Notes: generated by a model from the sequence alone, not told the origin. A stretch of 64,000 bases of DNA from Paraspadella gotoi (GCA_051294375.1 CM119265.1:18400631-18464630), one strand, 5' to 3'; positions 14,078 through 28,851 are shown, counted from the stretch's first letter. Program-made: numbers and translations.

Positions 14078-16202
14078 CGAGATGAAAGTCAAATCGTCGT
14101 CGTCGATTTTCTATTTTATTATTTTCATAATCGTTCCTCGAAATATTTACGAGAAATATATACCGGGAAATCGGGTCTCAATGCTCTCGTCATAAACCGT
14201 TTTCGCTGTATGCTCCGATCACCCGGAAAAAAATCTCTGATTGCATTTGCAAAACTTTGTTTCCTTTTTTCTCTGTTGACCGAAGACGAGAATTCGATCA
14301 ATACGTTTGGGTTCATCGTTCGAAGTCGTTGTTTGTTGATTGTTTACTAATTAATAAAATAATTTATTTAACTGCGAGCGTTTTCATTGAATGCTTGCAT
14401 GGTTTTCTTCCTTTATTATATTGAATAGATATAGAGTAGTAATTCAAGATAGTTTGTTTATGAATGAATGAATAATATTTATAATCACCGTGCCAATTTT
14501 ACATTCATACATACTAACAACTTTTAAATGTTTACTAATAAACTAGTTTTTACCAAACATCAAGGTGTGCCACCTTCCATTCTCAATTGAACACACACAC
14601 ACACACCAAAAAAAAGAGCATCGCCAAGGATCGATGGGTTCCCCATCGATAATTGGTTCATGATAAAAGCGATGGATGGCGCTGCCGAAAGGTCTTCCCG
14701 GCGTCGGCGATCCTTTCCGCCTGACGGAGAATGAATGAAGAGGCTTCGCCGAGAAAAAAAAGAAGCTTTTTTTTTTGCCGGGAAATTCGTTTGTTTTTTT
14801 TTATTTCAAGGGAGAAAAATGATTTTTTTAGTTAAACTCGAGAGTTTGAATCGAATAAAAAAAATGGAGATAAAAAAAACTTTTTTTTTTCTCTTTTCGA
14901 CTTCCGATCATCGTCGATTCTGCGCGAGATCGAATATCTCGATGGGTTCGACCCTAGATCATCTTGGATTGAGTGATATTCATCATTGGTCATAGTCTTA
15001 AAATTGGCTTCGCGGTAAAAGCTCAATTTAATTTAACTTACCGACCCTCTTTCTGTTCAGGACCGAACATACAATTGGCTGCAAAATGTTTAATTTTAAT
15101 TTTAATTTTTAGGCTCGAAAAAGCTTGACTTTTCTAGTCCCGAATCTCAGACCATCATTATTATTTTTTTAATTACTAATTTTTTTCTCATTTTTCTTCA
15201 TCGTCATTTTCATTTCTTCTCATCTTCGTCCCATTTCTGTTCATCTGTTCTTCATATTCGAATGCTCCCTGCCTCACCTTTTTCCCGTCGCGACCTTGAG
15301 ATATAACCGCCGCCGCATTTCAAGACTCGCCAGGTCCCTTTTAATTTTCTCTACTCGTGTCTTCACTTCTTTCCCATCTCATTTTTCGCTTCTTCGATTC
15401 TCGATTCGAGCTTTTTAAAGTTCGATCACCTTTTCTGCTCTATTTTATTCGTTCCTCTTTACTTTTTTTTTTTAAATTCTTCTTCACCCTTTCCACCTGG
15501 CTAAACTTTTGCGATGTTCTTTTATTTACAAACAAATACCACCGGTCAGAAATTAACGCCATCTTTCCCACTTTTTTTTCCACTCGCTTCTTCCGCGGTT
15601 CTTCTCCGCACTCTCCCTTTTCTCTTTCTCCCCTTTTTCCCTTGATCCATCCCTTCGGTCCTGTTACTCTCTAACTCTTCCTTTAGGTAAACACTACTAA
15701 ATTTTTCATAAACTCAAAGGAAAAATAGTCCCTTCGTTTGCTCTCTTGTTTCACGCGTCTGTTTGAATCGCCTCGTCAAATAACTTCTTTGGTGGTTGAT
15801 TCTCCTGAAAAATATTATTCTAAAAAAAAGAAAACGATCCCTTCCCAATGGACGGCGGTTTTTTTTGTTTATTTTCTTTTATTTTTTTAAATCTTTTCTT
15901 CCCTCTTCCCCTTTCTTTCTTTTTTCTTCCCTTTTCCTCTCCTTCCTCTCTCTCTTCTCTCCTCTCTCTCTCCTCTCTCTCTTCTCTCTCTCTCCTCTAC
16001 CCCTCTCTGTTTATCTCTCTAGTTTTTTTTTCTCTTTCTTCTTTAAAGATATTGAATCTTTCTACTGTTTCCAAAATGTTTTTTTCACTCTATCTCCTTC
16101 ATATTATTTAACATTTTTGTTCATAAATCGGTACCAAAAAAGCCAAAGCATGTTCCTATTATTTCAAAAACATTCCTTTTGTTCCAGAACTTTCAACTCA
16201 TC

Positions 16203-16510
16203 CTTTGCACCTGACACGGCATCCGTTCCTATCTTCTTTGCACCTCCCAGAAATGGCTCCTGCACCTGTAAGAACCATCTTCATGGCTTTTGCACCTCCC
16301 GGCACCCTCTCTTATCATTCTGTACCTGTAAGAACTTTCTTCATGGCTTTTGCTCCTCCCACCTCTCGCTCTAACATTTCTTCACCCAAAAGAGCTTTTC
16401 TCATAGCTTTCGCATCTCCCAGCAACAGCTCTTATCATATTGCACCCGGTAAAACTTTCCCTACTGATTTTGCACCTCCCAGCACCCGCTCTTATCTCCT
16501 TGCACCGGCG
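16203..16510. repeat. Degenerate 60-bp minisatellite with a 30-bp sub-period, about 5 units
   Basis: tttgcacctccc-like motifs recur at about 16289, 16349, 16409 and 16469, with t(g)cacc half-units between them. Confidence 0.8.
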
Positions 16511-16712
16511 AGAATCCGAAGATGGATGGCCCGAATTCGGCAACAGCTGTTTAAAGTCAAAGGAAAAAAAATAACATTTTTTTTCTCCGATTCTGGTGAA
16601 CGCCGAGATTTTTCTTTCTTTCTTTTCCGAACATAAACAAAAAAAAGTTTTTCTTTTTCTTCGTCTTCTCCTTTTCGGTCTCCTTCTCATTCTCCCTCTC
16701 ATTCTTCTTCTT

Positions 16713-16743
<31 letters not shown>

Positions 16744-17791
16744 AATTCTCCTTCTCTTCGTCTTCTTCATTCCGAATTTCTTTAGTTTTAGAAACAAAGA
16801 TTTTTTTTTTCAAATTGAATTTTTTTTTCTGCTAAAAAGTGGAAAGGATTTTTTTTCCCCGCTTTAATTTCAAGTGGCATTAGAAAAATATTCGAGATGG
16901 GATTTAAACTTCGCAAACGTGGGATTTCTATTGTTTCTTTCAGGTTGCAGTTCGTTGCAACATTTTTTTTTCCGCTTCCTCTTTTTTATTTCTTTCGCGT
17001 ACAATGGCTGGACCTCTTGCTTGGCAAAAATGAAAAAAATATGATGAGTGGCATGGTTTTTTGCGACGAGAGGTTTAAAAAAGCTTTCTCTCTCTACTCT
17101 CTCCTCTCTCTCTCTACTCTCTCCTCTCTCTGCTCTCTTCGTCGTCATCTCATCTCTCTCTCTCTCTCTCTGTTCTCAGCAGGACAAAAGGCGGAATAGG
17201 CAGTTCAGCTGTTTACAGAAGGAATCGGTCAAAAAAAAAATTAAGATTGCGCGCGATAGGCAAAAAAGCCTATAAAAAATGTGTTTTTAACAGCAAAGAA
17301 AAGAAAAAAACAATTTTTTACCTATATACTTACATAAAATGAAACACCAGAGATATGATATTTTTGTCTCCCACATATGATTTTATAGACTCCTAAACAG
17401 TAACCTATAAACTATATATCTTCATCTGGAATTTTTCGTAGCACAGAAAAGAGATATAATCGCATTTTTCAAATTGCGAATGATAGCTCAAAACTGATGG
17501 CAGCTCGGGAAATCATTATCCGAGTTCATTTAAGTATTAAAGAATTTATGCAAAATTCAAAATCCTTATATTCGTCGCAATTATAATTCACTCGAAATTA
17601 GAAACTAATAATAAATACACAAATAACGCGATTAGATATCGAAGTTGAAATATTGCTCGACCTACCCGTGGGCCTCGACGCGATCCGCCAAACTGCGATT
17701 CCATATCGATTCCATCGTATGAATAATTTCGTTGGCGAAAAATAATCAGCGGCGAATAATATTTCGCTGTCGATGAATTATTCTAGGATTT

Positions 17792-17827
<36 letters not shown>

Positions 17828-18075
17828 TTTTCGATGACTCATTCATATTTATAATAATGTCGCGAGGAAGAGAAGGAACGAGAAATACGATCGATGTCAA
17901 TTCTAGAAACTGTAATAGAAGAAAACAATCACGAAAATAAAAAGAAACACAAATTAAAAAAAAACAAACAAATAGAAAAACGGAGTCAAATTGCGAGGCC
18001 TTAAAATCCAGAACTAATAACGATAATAAGTCAAGAAAACGCAACGTTATGACGATGGCATGGACCCCGATTATT

Positions 18076-18113
<38 letters not shown>

Positions 18114-21100
18114 CTTTCCTTTGAACTTCGCCAAAATAACCGAACCGTGAATATCGATTCAAAACTTTTCCCTCAGAAAATACAAAAAAAATTTAAAAAA
18201 AAAGAAGAAAATCTAAAAACGGTAAAAGTCGACATAAACAAAGATTTGGTTGGTGAAAAGAAAATTATTAACAAATTCCAAGATTAGCCTTCACACGATA
18301 ACACAGACGGGGGGTGCCTCCCACGCCCCTCGAGGCCGCCGCCACCTCCCCTCAACCTCCCCCTCCATCTGCCCCTAGGGGTCGTTGAAGCCTTCAACTC
18401 TTTCCACCCCTTCCTGCCTCGGGGGTGTTTCACCTTTTCTTTAGCTCCCCTCAAGAGGCCTTCCACTCCCGAGGTATTAACCCATGTGCCGCTTGCCAAT
18501 GGCCATTCTCCGATTCTTGTCAACTTTTTCCATCACTTTTTTCCCGCTTTTTGTAAAAGGTCACGTGATGTGAGGGGGAAAAAATGTTCCTCCAATTTTT
18601 GTTTTCCTTTTTCCTGAGCGGAAGATTTGCCTCTCTACTATTTCTTTTATACGTATTTTTCTTTTCTTTTTTATTTGCTTTTTATTTTGCCGCTTCTAGT
18701 NNNNNNNNNNNNNNNNNNNNNNNNNNNNNNNNNNNNNNNNNNNNNNNNNNNNNNNNNNNNNNNNNNNNNNNNNNNNNNNNNNNNNNNNNNNNNNNNNNNN
18801 NNNNNNNNNNNNNNNNNNNNNNNNNNNNNNNNNNNNNNNNNNNNNNNNNNNNNNNNNNNNNNNNNNNNNNNNNNNNNNNNNNNNNNNNNNNNNNNNNNNN
18901 NNNNNNNNNNNNNNNNNNNNNNNNNNNNNNNNNNNNNNNNNNNNNNNNNNNNNNNNNNNNNNNNNNNNNNNNNNNNNNNNNNNNNNNNNNNNNNNNNNNN
19001 NNNNNNNNNNNNNNNNNNNNNNNNNNNNNNNNNNNNNNNNNNNNNNNNNNNNNNNNNNNNNNNNNNNNNNNNNNNNNNNNNNNNNNNNNNNNNNNNNNNN
19101 NNNNNNNNNNNNNNNNNNNNNNNNNNNNNNNNNNNNNNNNNNNNNNTGTCATCTTCATCGTATTTCAGCTTATCGTCCTCATTGCTTCCGACGTTTTAGT
19201 CAGAATTGTCATTGAACTCACTGCAGTTAAAACCGTCGCTCCCATCGTCGTTGTNNNNNNNNNNNNNNNNNNNNNNNNNNNCGTCATCGTCGTCGTCATC
19301 GTTTCTTTGTCGTCGTCTTCATCGTCGTCGGTTTCATGTCGTCGTCCTCGTAATCGTCGTCCACGTCCCCTGTCACCACGTTGCCGTCAACAGGCGCCAA
19401 GAAACAGAGCGAATCGTCTCTTACTTCAACTTTTGCCCTTTCTTCCACCGTTAGAACGACGACGATGACGACGACGACGACGACGACGAGGACCACCCCA
19501 TTCTCCAGACAACGATTATCTCGCGGGTTTTGTTTTGAATTTTTCTGTTTACGTTTTGTTTTCTTTTTGGCGATAAGAATGGATTTACGTTTCCATCTTT
19601 CTTTTTTAAACNNNNNNNNNNNNNNNNNNNNNNNNNNNNNNNNNNNNNNNNNNNNNNNNNNNNNNNNNNNNNNNNNNNNNNNNNNNNNNNNNNNNNNNNN
19701 NNNNNNNNNNNNNNNNNNNNNNNNNNNNNNNNNNNNNNNNNNNNNNNNNNNNNNNNNNNNNNNNNNNNNNNNNNNNNNNNNNNNNNNNNNNNNNNNNNNN
19801 NNNNNNNNNNNNNNNNNNNNNNNNNNNNNNNNNNNNNNNNNNTTTTTTCGAGATAATTGGATTTTCTTCCCGTGTTTTGCACAAAGTTTCCTTCGAAATA
19901 AAAAAATTCTGATCTCGATCTCTGGATTCTTTTGTTTACGACTCATTTCGAGTTTCTCAAAAAACAGCGACGACAAAAATCATGAATCAAAAACGTCACA
20001 AGTTCAAAAAAATTAAAAAATAAAAGAGTTTCGACTCGCGTGAAATCAGCCTCACCGTTTCACGACGTTCGCCCTCACCTCGAGCCTCCACTTTTCGCCG
20101 TCGAAACTTCATATATCATTTTCCGGTTTAGGGTTGACGTCAACTCGTTCAAGTGTCTCCACGCCCCCCTTTCCCTTTTTTATTTCTTTTCCTTTCCACC
20201 TCACTTCATCCCCTTTCCCCCAGAAAAACCCTTCACTCTGTCAAAGAAGTCGTTTACCGCCCTCCTTACGCCCGAGGCCGTCGCAGCCGCCGCCGCCATT
20301 CTTCCCGCTTGAGTCACTCGCACGAAGGGTGTCACCCATTCACGGAACTCGCGGACCCGACCCAACTTTTTTTCTCCTTTTGTGGCGGCGACAGAGAGAG
20401 AGAGAAAAAAAATCCGGCGTCAACAAACTCGACTAACGCGACTTTCTCAGGACGGAAACGAGCGTCGCCGGCGTCGCCGGCGTCGTTATTGTTGTTATTG
20501 TTGTCGTCTGGTTGTCGTCGTTGTCGTTCGACGCTCGACTCTTTCGTTTTTATCTTCATGGCGACGATAAAAAAAAGGATGTCAAAGCTGAAAATTATTG
20601 ATCTCGCCCAATTTTCAACAATCGATTCTTCGTCTCGATTGTCCTAAATCCTTCAGACACATATAAACTACATTATCTAATATATATACGTTTATATATA
20701 TTATATATATATTTATATATTTTAAGTCCTGTCGTTNNNNNNNNNNNNNNNNNNNNNNNNNTTACGAAATGACCCATTCAGAGTAATGTTTAGTGATTTG
20801 AAGTAGTTTAACTCACTTTTGTGATTATTTTTTTCTTTTTTCTTTTGATAACTTCTATTTTTCCAAATGGCTTCATTGTCACTTTTGAGTCCCTCTGTTA
20901 TCATTGACTCACTTTTCTTTTTTTTGTGTTTGAGTGTTTGTTGTTTCGAGTTGTTATGGGGCGGGCGTCGGATGACGAATGTTCGAGTGGACGTAGTTTG
21001 TACGTTTTATCTTTTTAAGGTCTCGTGTTTGCAGTGATGAGGAGGGTGTGGGCTTTGCGCATAACATGAAGCAAAAGATGAGAGTGGATGGGCGATTGTT

Positions 21101-22375
21101 TGGGGGTGGAGAGGTCTTGGGGGGTGGACCGTTCGGGGCTGCGGGGAGTGTGGGGGGGGATGTAGTCTGTATTCACTAGGGTGTTTGTTTTGTGTTGGGG
21201 TATATGGGGTTTAGGGTTGGGAGTGGGTATTGGTGTGTCGTCGTCGTATCGTGCGTGTGTTTTTTTTTGTGTGACTGAGTGAGGCGATATGAGTTGATAG
21301 ACGTTTAGGGTGTCAGTGAGTGCTCATATACGGCTATGGATTTGAGCTTTGCGGTTGTGGTTGTGTTGAAGGAGGGGAGAGGAGGAGGAAAGAATGGAAA
21401 GAGAGCGCGCAGTTGTAGGGCAGGAGGGGGGGGAGAGTAGATCGTAGGTCGCGGTGATTTTTTTGTACATTTTGATATTGGTCTTTGTGTTTTGCTTGTC
21501 AGAGGTATGAGTTATTTGGGTGAATTTGTGTTTTTGAGAAGCTTCGTGGGGCAAGGTTTTCGACGTTTTGCTTGCTAGCGTACTTTCCCCGCAATTTGCA
21601 ATCACTTGAAGGGCTCTCTTACTTGTTATCATTGGAGATGAGCGTTTAGAGTTGATGCTGTTGCTCTGGTCGGGGCCAGCGTGGGGGTCGTTTTCAGTGA
21701 CGCAGCTGTGTTAAGTTACTTTCTTCAGTTGCTTTTTTGCCAGACCGGGTTTTCCGTTTGTTTTGGGTATGTCACCGAGTGCCCGGAGAGTTGTACTTTT
21801 GGACAGGTAGTCGTAGAGAGAGCGGATTCTGTTGCAGTGGACGAGTTGTACCTCGGTCGGTTGTCATTCAATAGATGTCTTCATCTTTTTAATTGAGCTG
21901 TTTAAATAGTGCCTGATATTTCCATCTTTCTTAGTTTTGACGCATGTTCTTGTGGCTATTTGTTTTTTTTCTTTTTTTTTTGTTTCGTTTTTTTTTGTTT
22001 TTTTTTGTTTTTTTTGTTGGTTAGGGTGGTTTTGGTCAGCGCGGTAAGAGGGGTGACGGATCGGGTGATGTTGGCGAGGGTTGTATGTTCGCCGTAGATG
22101 TGTGTTTGTTCCGGGGGATGTGTGTGCTCGGTGTGTATCGGTGAGGTTCATCATTGTTTGTTGGTTCTGGTTAGCTTGTATTTGTCGTGGGGGCTGGGGG
22201 GTCGCGGTGGGTGGGTGGAGAGTGGGGAGATGCTGGGTGTAGTGTTTAGTTATGGGATGGGTGGGGGTGGGGTTTTCTCTGGGGCAATTTTGTCCGAGGG
22301 AATGTCTCTGTTTGTTGGTGTATTCATTTTTTTTCTTTTTCTTTTTTCTTTTTTTCTTATCACTGATGGGTCACA

Positions 22376-22406
<31 letters not shown>

Positions 22407-23660
22407 GATTTTAATTTTCTTATATAATTTTTTGTATTGCGACGTTGTATTGTATGGTTTTAAGTTTATGTGAGGTGCTTTGTTTTTGTTGGTCTTTGAT
22501 GGTTTTTTTGTTTGTTTGTTGGTACATTGCGTTGTTGGGTTTTGTTCGTGGAGCAGTGGGATTTCTAAATAATTCTTGTGTATTTTATTTTTGTGGTGGG
22601 GGGTGGTTTTTTTTTGTTTGTTTTTGGTTTTTTTTTTTTTTTTTTTGCCTTATTTTTTTTTTTTGTTTTTGTGTGGTGGTGTTTTTTTTTTTTTTTTTTT
22701 TTGTTCCCTTATGTTTTCCTGTTTTTCAATTGTTGACGGGTGGGAATTGAAAGATCTGCATGTCCTGAGTCAATCAGGTGAGGTAAAATGTCGCTACCGT
22801 TTCATGACTTTTGCTTTTTATGATGGCAGATCCCTTGAAGTTTTCTTTATAAATTCAGAGAGTCGTGGTCTTGATTTTTTGACGTCGTCGCCACAGTTGG
22901 CAACAAAGGACGCACAGCACGATCTTTGCGAGTGCACCATCCATTGGTTGGCCTTGCCTGAGCTTTGCTGAAGACTGTTGTAACATCATGATGGATGGTT
23001 CGATTATTGAGTCCGACGCCGACTCACTGCCTATTCATTCAAATCTTGGCGATTTAGGTCAAGTCATTTCTAGATGTTAACATCCAATTGCCGTTTATTT
23101 ACTCGAGCTTAATGCAGCGGCGATAAAACATTCCACTTCGTCGAAGTTGCATATTTCCGAGCTTTGCTTTGTTTGCAAATCGAAACATTCTCTCATGAAA
23201 GTGCCTAAATCTGCTTCTGATAGTATTTTTAAACAACTTTCTCTCTAATGCTTTTTTGAAATTCAACAGATTTATTAGCGATCAGTCGAGTTTGTAAGTT
23301 TTTTCGCCGTCGGCAGTTTTTTCACTGTGGCTTTGTTTTTTCACAGTCGCCCGATTTGGATGGCATTATACTTACGCGGTCCCTCTTACAGATGGGACAA
23401 CCCAAAGATTCCTTGTTTCGAGCAGTGTCTTTTTTTAATTTTATATTTGGAAAATTAATTACTTTTTATTATTAAGTTTAATACCGTAGTAATTTAAAAT
23501 GTAGAAAGAAAGTTTGATTTTAAATTTTTTTTGGGGGGGGGGGCTTTAAGCCCGCTGGCCGTCGTTAATTTCTTTAGAAATCGAGGTATTTTTAATAAGA
23601 AAATCATAAAATTCAGGAGACAGTCCGTTCGGTTCGTTCGTATCGATCGAGAGAAAAAAA

Positions 23661-23692
<32 letters not shown>

Positions 23693-23794
23693 AATTTATT
23701 TGAGATTAAAAGTGAGCGAGAGCGAGACCTCCACGGATAGAACGGAAGTAGGACAAAAGGAAGGATATTTCTTTGTCCAGTGACTCAATCGATG

Positions 23795-23837
<43 letters not shown>

Positions 23838-24597
23838 AGAGAGAGAGAGAGAGGAGAGAGAGAACTGAGAGAGAGAGAGTTGTCCTCACCTTTCGCCTCG
23901 TCCTTTTCTGACCCTCGTCGAATTAACTTACCATCTTTTTATCTTTCTACAGCCTTTCCAACCCTCACCTGGTCAATACTTGGCCAATTTCCTGTGTTCC
24001 TACAGGCTGGGTCATCTTTACAAGTCGCGATATTCATCTGCGAATCTAATTCTTGGATTTTTTTTATTAAACTTAAATTTAAAACAAACAGTGCGAATAA
24101 CTTAAATTTTGTTTTCCTTCACCATTCGCTCTTAAATGTCGAAACAGAGCAGAGTCAGAGGGATGAACGTTCTCGAATCGACTTTGAAATCGTTGAGATT
24201 CTTTCTCCTAATGTCCGTTAAATGATTCAACTTGATACTCTCCCTTAATGGTTCCCCCCACCTTTCTCCCAGATCTTTAGCCTAATTTTAATTTTCCATT
24301 CCTGTCTAGTTTTTCAGTAAACATTAGTCGAGGCTTAGGGACAAAATCCAGACGAAAAAAAAAACCCAGAAAATCTTTTTTAAGGAGATTTTATTATTAA
24401 GCCGCGAATCTAACCTGGTATTGATTTAGGGTTTATGCCGCCGTCTGGGAAGATATCGAATGCAGGATGGAAAGAGGAAGATACGTAGATAAAATGAAAG
24501 AATGGAAGAATAAGAAAATTCGCTACACACTAGTATAAAATTTAAAAAAATTGACGTCAGATTAAAGACAGATTTATATTTGCTACACTTTTACTTT

Positions 24598-24647
<50 letters not shown>

Positions 24648-24661
24648 GCTATGTCATTATC

Positions 24662-24774
24662 TTGTAATAGTGATGGAGGCCTTAAACCACCAAAGCCTGA
24701 CCAAATTCACGGGCAAGATAGCTTATTTATTAAATGAATGGATAATATTTACATTGGTTGTACCAATTTCATAA
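24662..24774 (+). repeat. Dispersed repeat, copy 1 (probable TE fragment)
   Basis: ttgtaatagtgatggaggccttaaaccaccaaagcctg...ggttgtaccaatttcataa recurs at 58617-58729 with scattered substitutions. Confidence 0.85.
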
Positions 24775-26688
24775 ATATTTTTCAACAACCCACTTGTTAC
24801 AATACCCTGAGTCCTCTACTATCCCCTCTACTTTTGCCACGAAAAAAAAAATCTCAGATATTTTGTGGCGAAATCGAAAAAACGCGGAAAAGTCACGTTT
24901 GAGATTCGACGCAATCGAGCGACTTTCCTTTTTTTAAAGCGGGTAAGGTTTTACGTCTGTCGAGGGGGTAAGGTTTTACGATTTTTACGAGGGATAAAAG
25001 GTTTTTATGATTTTTAACTTTTTTTTCTTTTTAATGAGCGGAAAGAATGGAATAATCTAAAGTAAAGAANNNNNNNNNNAATGGAATAATCTAGAGCAAA
25101 GAAGTTATAAAGATTATTTAGAAAAAAATTTTGTTTTCCTTTTAGATCTTCGTCGTTGTTATCTAAAAATGAGAATTTTTTCTTCTCTGACATCTTTCTC
25201 GTCGGAATTTTTGTCAAGTCACAACCGATTCTGTCACTATTGCGATTGTCAAGACACACGACAAACACTAAAAAAATTTACTCTTTTTTTTATTCTTTTT
25301 TTTTTTTGATAAGAAAGAACAGATACATACCTAAAAAAACAGAAGGAAATTTATCGTTCAAATCTTAAACTGTGGTATTTTTTATCCCATTTTTGTGTAA
25401 CTATATTAGTGTATTTGCGATTGTTTCTTCGTAATTGTCATCAGCAAAATCATCCTCATCATCTTTATCTTCTTTATTTTCATCATCGTCGTCGTCGTCG
25501 TCGTCGTCTCGCCAATCCAAAATCTTTCCCGTCGAAATAAATCTGACTCCATCTCTGGTCCACTCTCGTCTCCGTCTCCCTCTGGCCGTTCATCATATTC
25601 CCCGGGAAACAACAACAACAACAACAACAAAATCGTGGACGTCGAGGTCATAGTCACGTGACCGAATGACATCATCGCCATTCATTTCGGGTCTCGCGTC
25701 TTTGGTAAGTCTCGAGTTCGCATCCAGGAGGTCCCCGCTACTCACCCCGAGGTGGAGGAATTAACCCGCGGTCCCAGGGTCCCTGGATTAAAGATCTTTA
25801 TTATTGAAATATAATTTCGTTATTCCCGTTCTCGTTATAAACGAATCCTGTCTTGGAGAAAACCTTTTCCTGAAAAAAAAATATATTATCGGATTGAATA
25901 TTCATGTCCAGTAATAATATCGTAAATTAGAATTTGAATGGCAACCCACGCAAAAAAAAAAGAGAATAATTATCAACTTCTCTCTCTGGCTTTTGTATTC
26001 TCGACGTCCTCACCTCTCTCCTCTCTCCTCTCTCCCCTCACTTTCTCCTCTCTATTCTTCTCTTTTTGATCTTATTTATTCTCTCTTGACTTGTTATTCT
26101 TTCCACTTTTTTGTTCCACTTTTTTTTTTATCTTTCGAGATCGAAATCATAGGGACTGAAAAACAAATCCGACCTTGGGGTTCAAAGTCGACTTTTTCGT
26201 CGTCGTCGCTGTTGTCGNNNNNNNNNNNNNNNNNNNNNNNNNNNNNNNNNNNNNNNNNNNNNNNNNNNNNNNNNNNNNNNNNNNNNNNNNNNNNNNNNNN
26301 NNNNNNNNNNNNNNNNNNNNNNNNNNNNNNNNNNNNNNNNNNNNNNNNNNNNNNNNNNNNNNNNNNNNNNNNNNNNNNNNNNNNNNNNNNNNNNNNNNNN
26401 NNNNNNNNNNNNNNNNNNNNNNNNNNNNNNNNNCGATGTTTTCTTATCTTTGACTCCTTTAGTTGTAACGAGAGCAGTGATTCGACTTTGTATTTCTCCG
26501 ATTGTATACAAACTATANNNNNNNNNNNNNNNNNNNNNNNNNNNNNNNNNNNNNNNNNNNNNNNNNNNNNNNNNNNNNNNNNNNNNNNNNNNNNNNNNNN
26601 NNNNNNNNNNNNNNNNNNNNNNNNNNNNNNNNNNNNNCAGGACAGATTGCTCTTTGCTCTCTCTCTCTCCTCTCGTCTTTTGCTTCTT

Positions 26689-26719
<31 letters not shown>

Positions 26720-27927
26720 TCCTCTCTCTCTCTCTCGTCTCTCTCTCTCTCTCTCCGCCCAACACCATCCTCAAACCCAAGGTCAGACGGAATGCAGTAC
26801 TCTCGTCGATTAATAAGCGAGACGACTACTTTTCCATTATCTCCCCTTACACCCCTGTATCCCGTCCCTTCACCCCTATCTTCTGCTCCCCTTCCCCCAT
26901 TCCCTCTCTCACTACTTAATAACCCCACTCGCCCAATTCTCCTCCCCCCTCCTTTCTCAGACGTCTCCTCCATTCCCTCGATTCCAGACAGTCACGGTGG
27001 AAACTAAGAAAATAAGCAACAAAAAACCTCCTTGTCACATTATTTTTATTCTTCGTTTTCCCAAAAACCCGAAACCGAAATTCATTAACCTACTCTTTCA
27101 ACTCTCGAGCCGTTTCGTGATCGAGGGAGGTGTGTACTCCACTCTTCGGCCGACCAAATCCCCTTTTTATACCTCCAGGTTCGTCGAGGCTATTTTGAAA
27201 AAAGGATTTTCAAAGTCCGGATGTAACTGGAACGCGTTGGATTTGGAACCGGATGTGTGGAACTGGTGATTTTGTGGCGCTTTGGAAACGGTTACAACCT
27301 TAGAAATAGAGACTCGGATGGATTGTGGAGGATTCATCACCGATTTGTATTTTGGAATCTTGCGGGAGAGAAAGGCAAACGCGTTTGTTAAATAGGAAAA
27401 AAGGTTAGGAAACAGGAGAATGATCATACGAAGTATAAGTTCTTTTACGATATTGATATCATTTAATATCTCCTTAATAACATGATATATAAAATTAAAG
27501 AAGACAATTTTCCTTAGCCCCTTATCATATTTGCCACGATGTCCGAATTTTACCTTTTTCCTTTTGACCCAATCTTTGACCCTTTTCCTTTTGCCCCATC
27601 CAATCTTTTTCATAATTAATCTTCGCCCGGATGCCATTGGTCTTGGCCCCGTATGTAATTCCCGCGACACTCCTAATCCTCCGACGCCAACAAAAGGTCG
27701 TCGTCGTCGCGAAGGAAAAAATAAAAGAGCAAAGATTCTCTCTCACTCTTCCTCATCCTTCTCCCTACGAAGATCCACGCTCCTCCTCCTCTTCACTGTC
27801 TCCCATTGATTCGGTGACAAGGTTTTGATTTTGTTTTGAAGAGAAAAAAAAAAGGAAAAATCCGGAGGCCGATTTCTGTTTCCAGGGCGACGATATATGG
27901 AGGGAGAAAGTCGCTCTTTCTTTCGGT

Positions 27928-27981
<54 letters not shown>

Positions 27982-28358
27982 TTTTAATTTGTTTATACCT
28001 TTTATGTTTCTTTCTATGTATAATATATTGCATAATGTATATCTTTCTTTCGTTATTTTCTCTTTGGTTTCTTCATGCTGTCCTTTTTTCTAACTTCTAT
28101 TTTTTCTTTCTCTCATTGTTCTCTCATTTTCCTTTCTCCCTTTCTTTCATTTTTCCCACTTTCTATCTTTTTCTACCTTCTCTCTTTCTTTTCATTACTA
28201 TTTCGTTTCTCTTCTCTTTTTCCTTTTCTCCGCTGAGATCGAGACATGAGTTCGCAAATAAGGAACAAAAAGAATGATGACCCTCATAGCCTCATGGTGA
28301 CCGACGACGACGACGACGACGAAGACGACGACATCGTCGAAAACGACGCAACAACTAA

Positions 28359-28398
<40 letters not shown>

Positions 28399-28470
28399 TG
28401 AATAAATGCGATTCATGTCGAAAATGGTGTCGTATCCATAAATTTGAAGAGTCCAGACTTTGCTAGAGAA

Positions 28471-28502
<32 letters not shown>

Positions 28503-28814
28503 TGACGACGACAACCCCGACGACCATGACGATCCGTCACTTTCCCCTTTTTATCATTTCATATTTAATCAAGGTCAATCCCAACACGGAGCCTCACCGC
28601 CGACTCCGATCCTCCTTTTTATTCAGACTTCCCTTGACCCTTTTGTGAGAGATCCGTTTCTCTTTCGTCTCGCTCTCTGTCGTCGCCATCGACCATCTTT
28701 CCTTTTTTACAAGCGACGCGATCTTCGCCTTTCATCTGAAACTCCGTCTCACGTGAATGGATTCGAGTGAAAGTGAAAAAGTAGAGAAAAAGAAGAGAGA
28801 GAGAGAGAGAGAGG

Positions 28815-28851
<37 letters not shown>

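Noticed and set aside
20930-22740. G/T-skewed 1.8-kb tract with Phe/Val/Cys-rich ORFs
   Set aside because: Follows a 25-N gap and has no periodicity; looks like low-quality read sequence.
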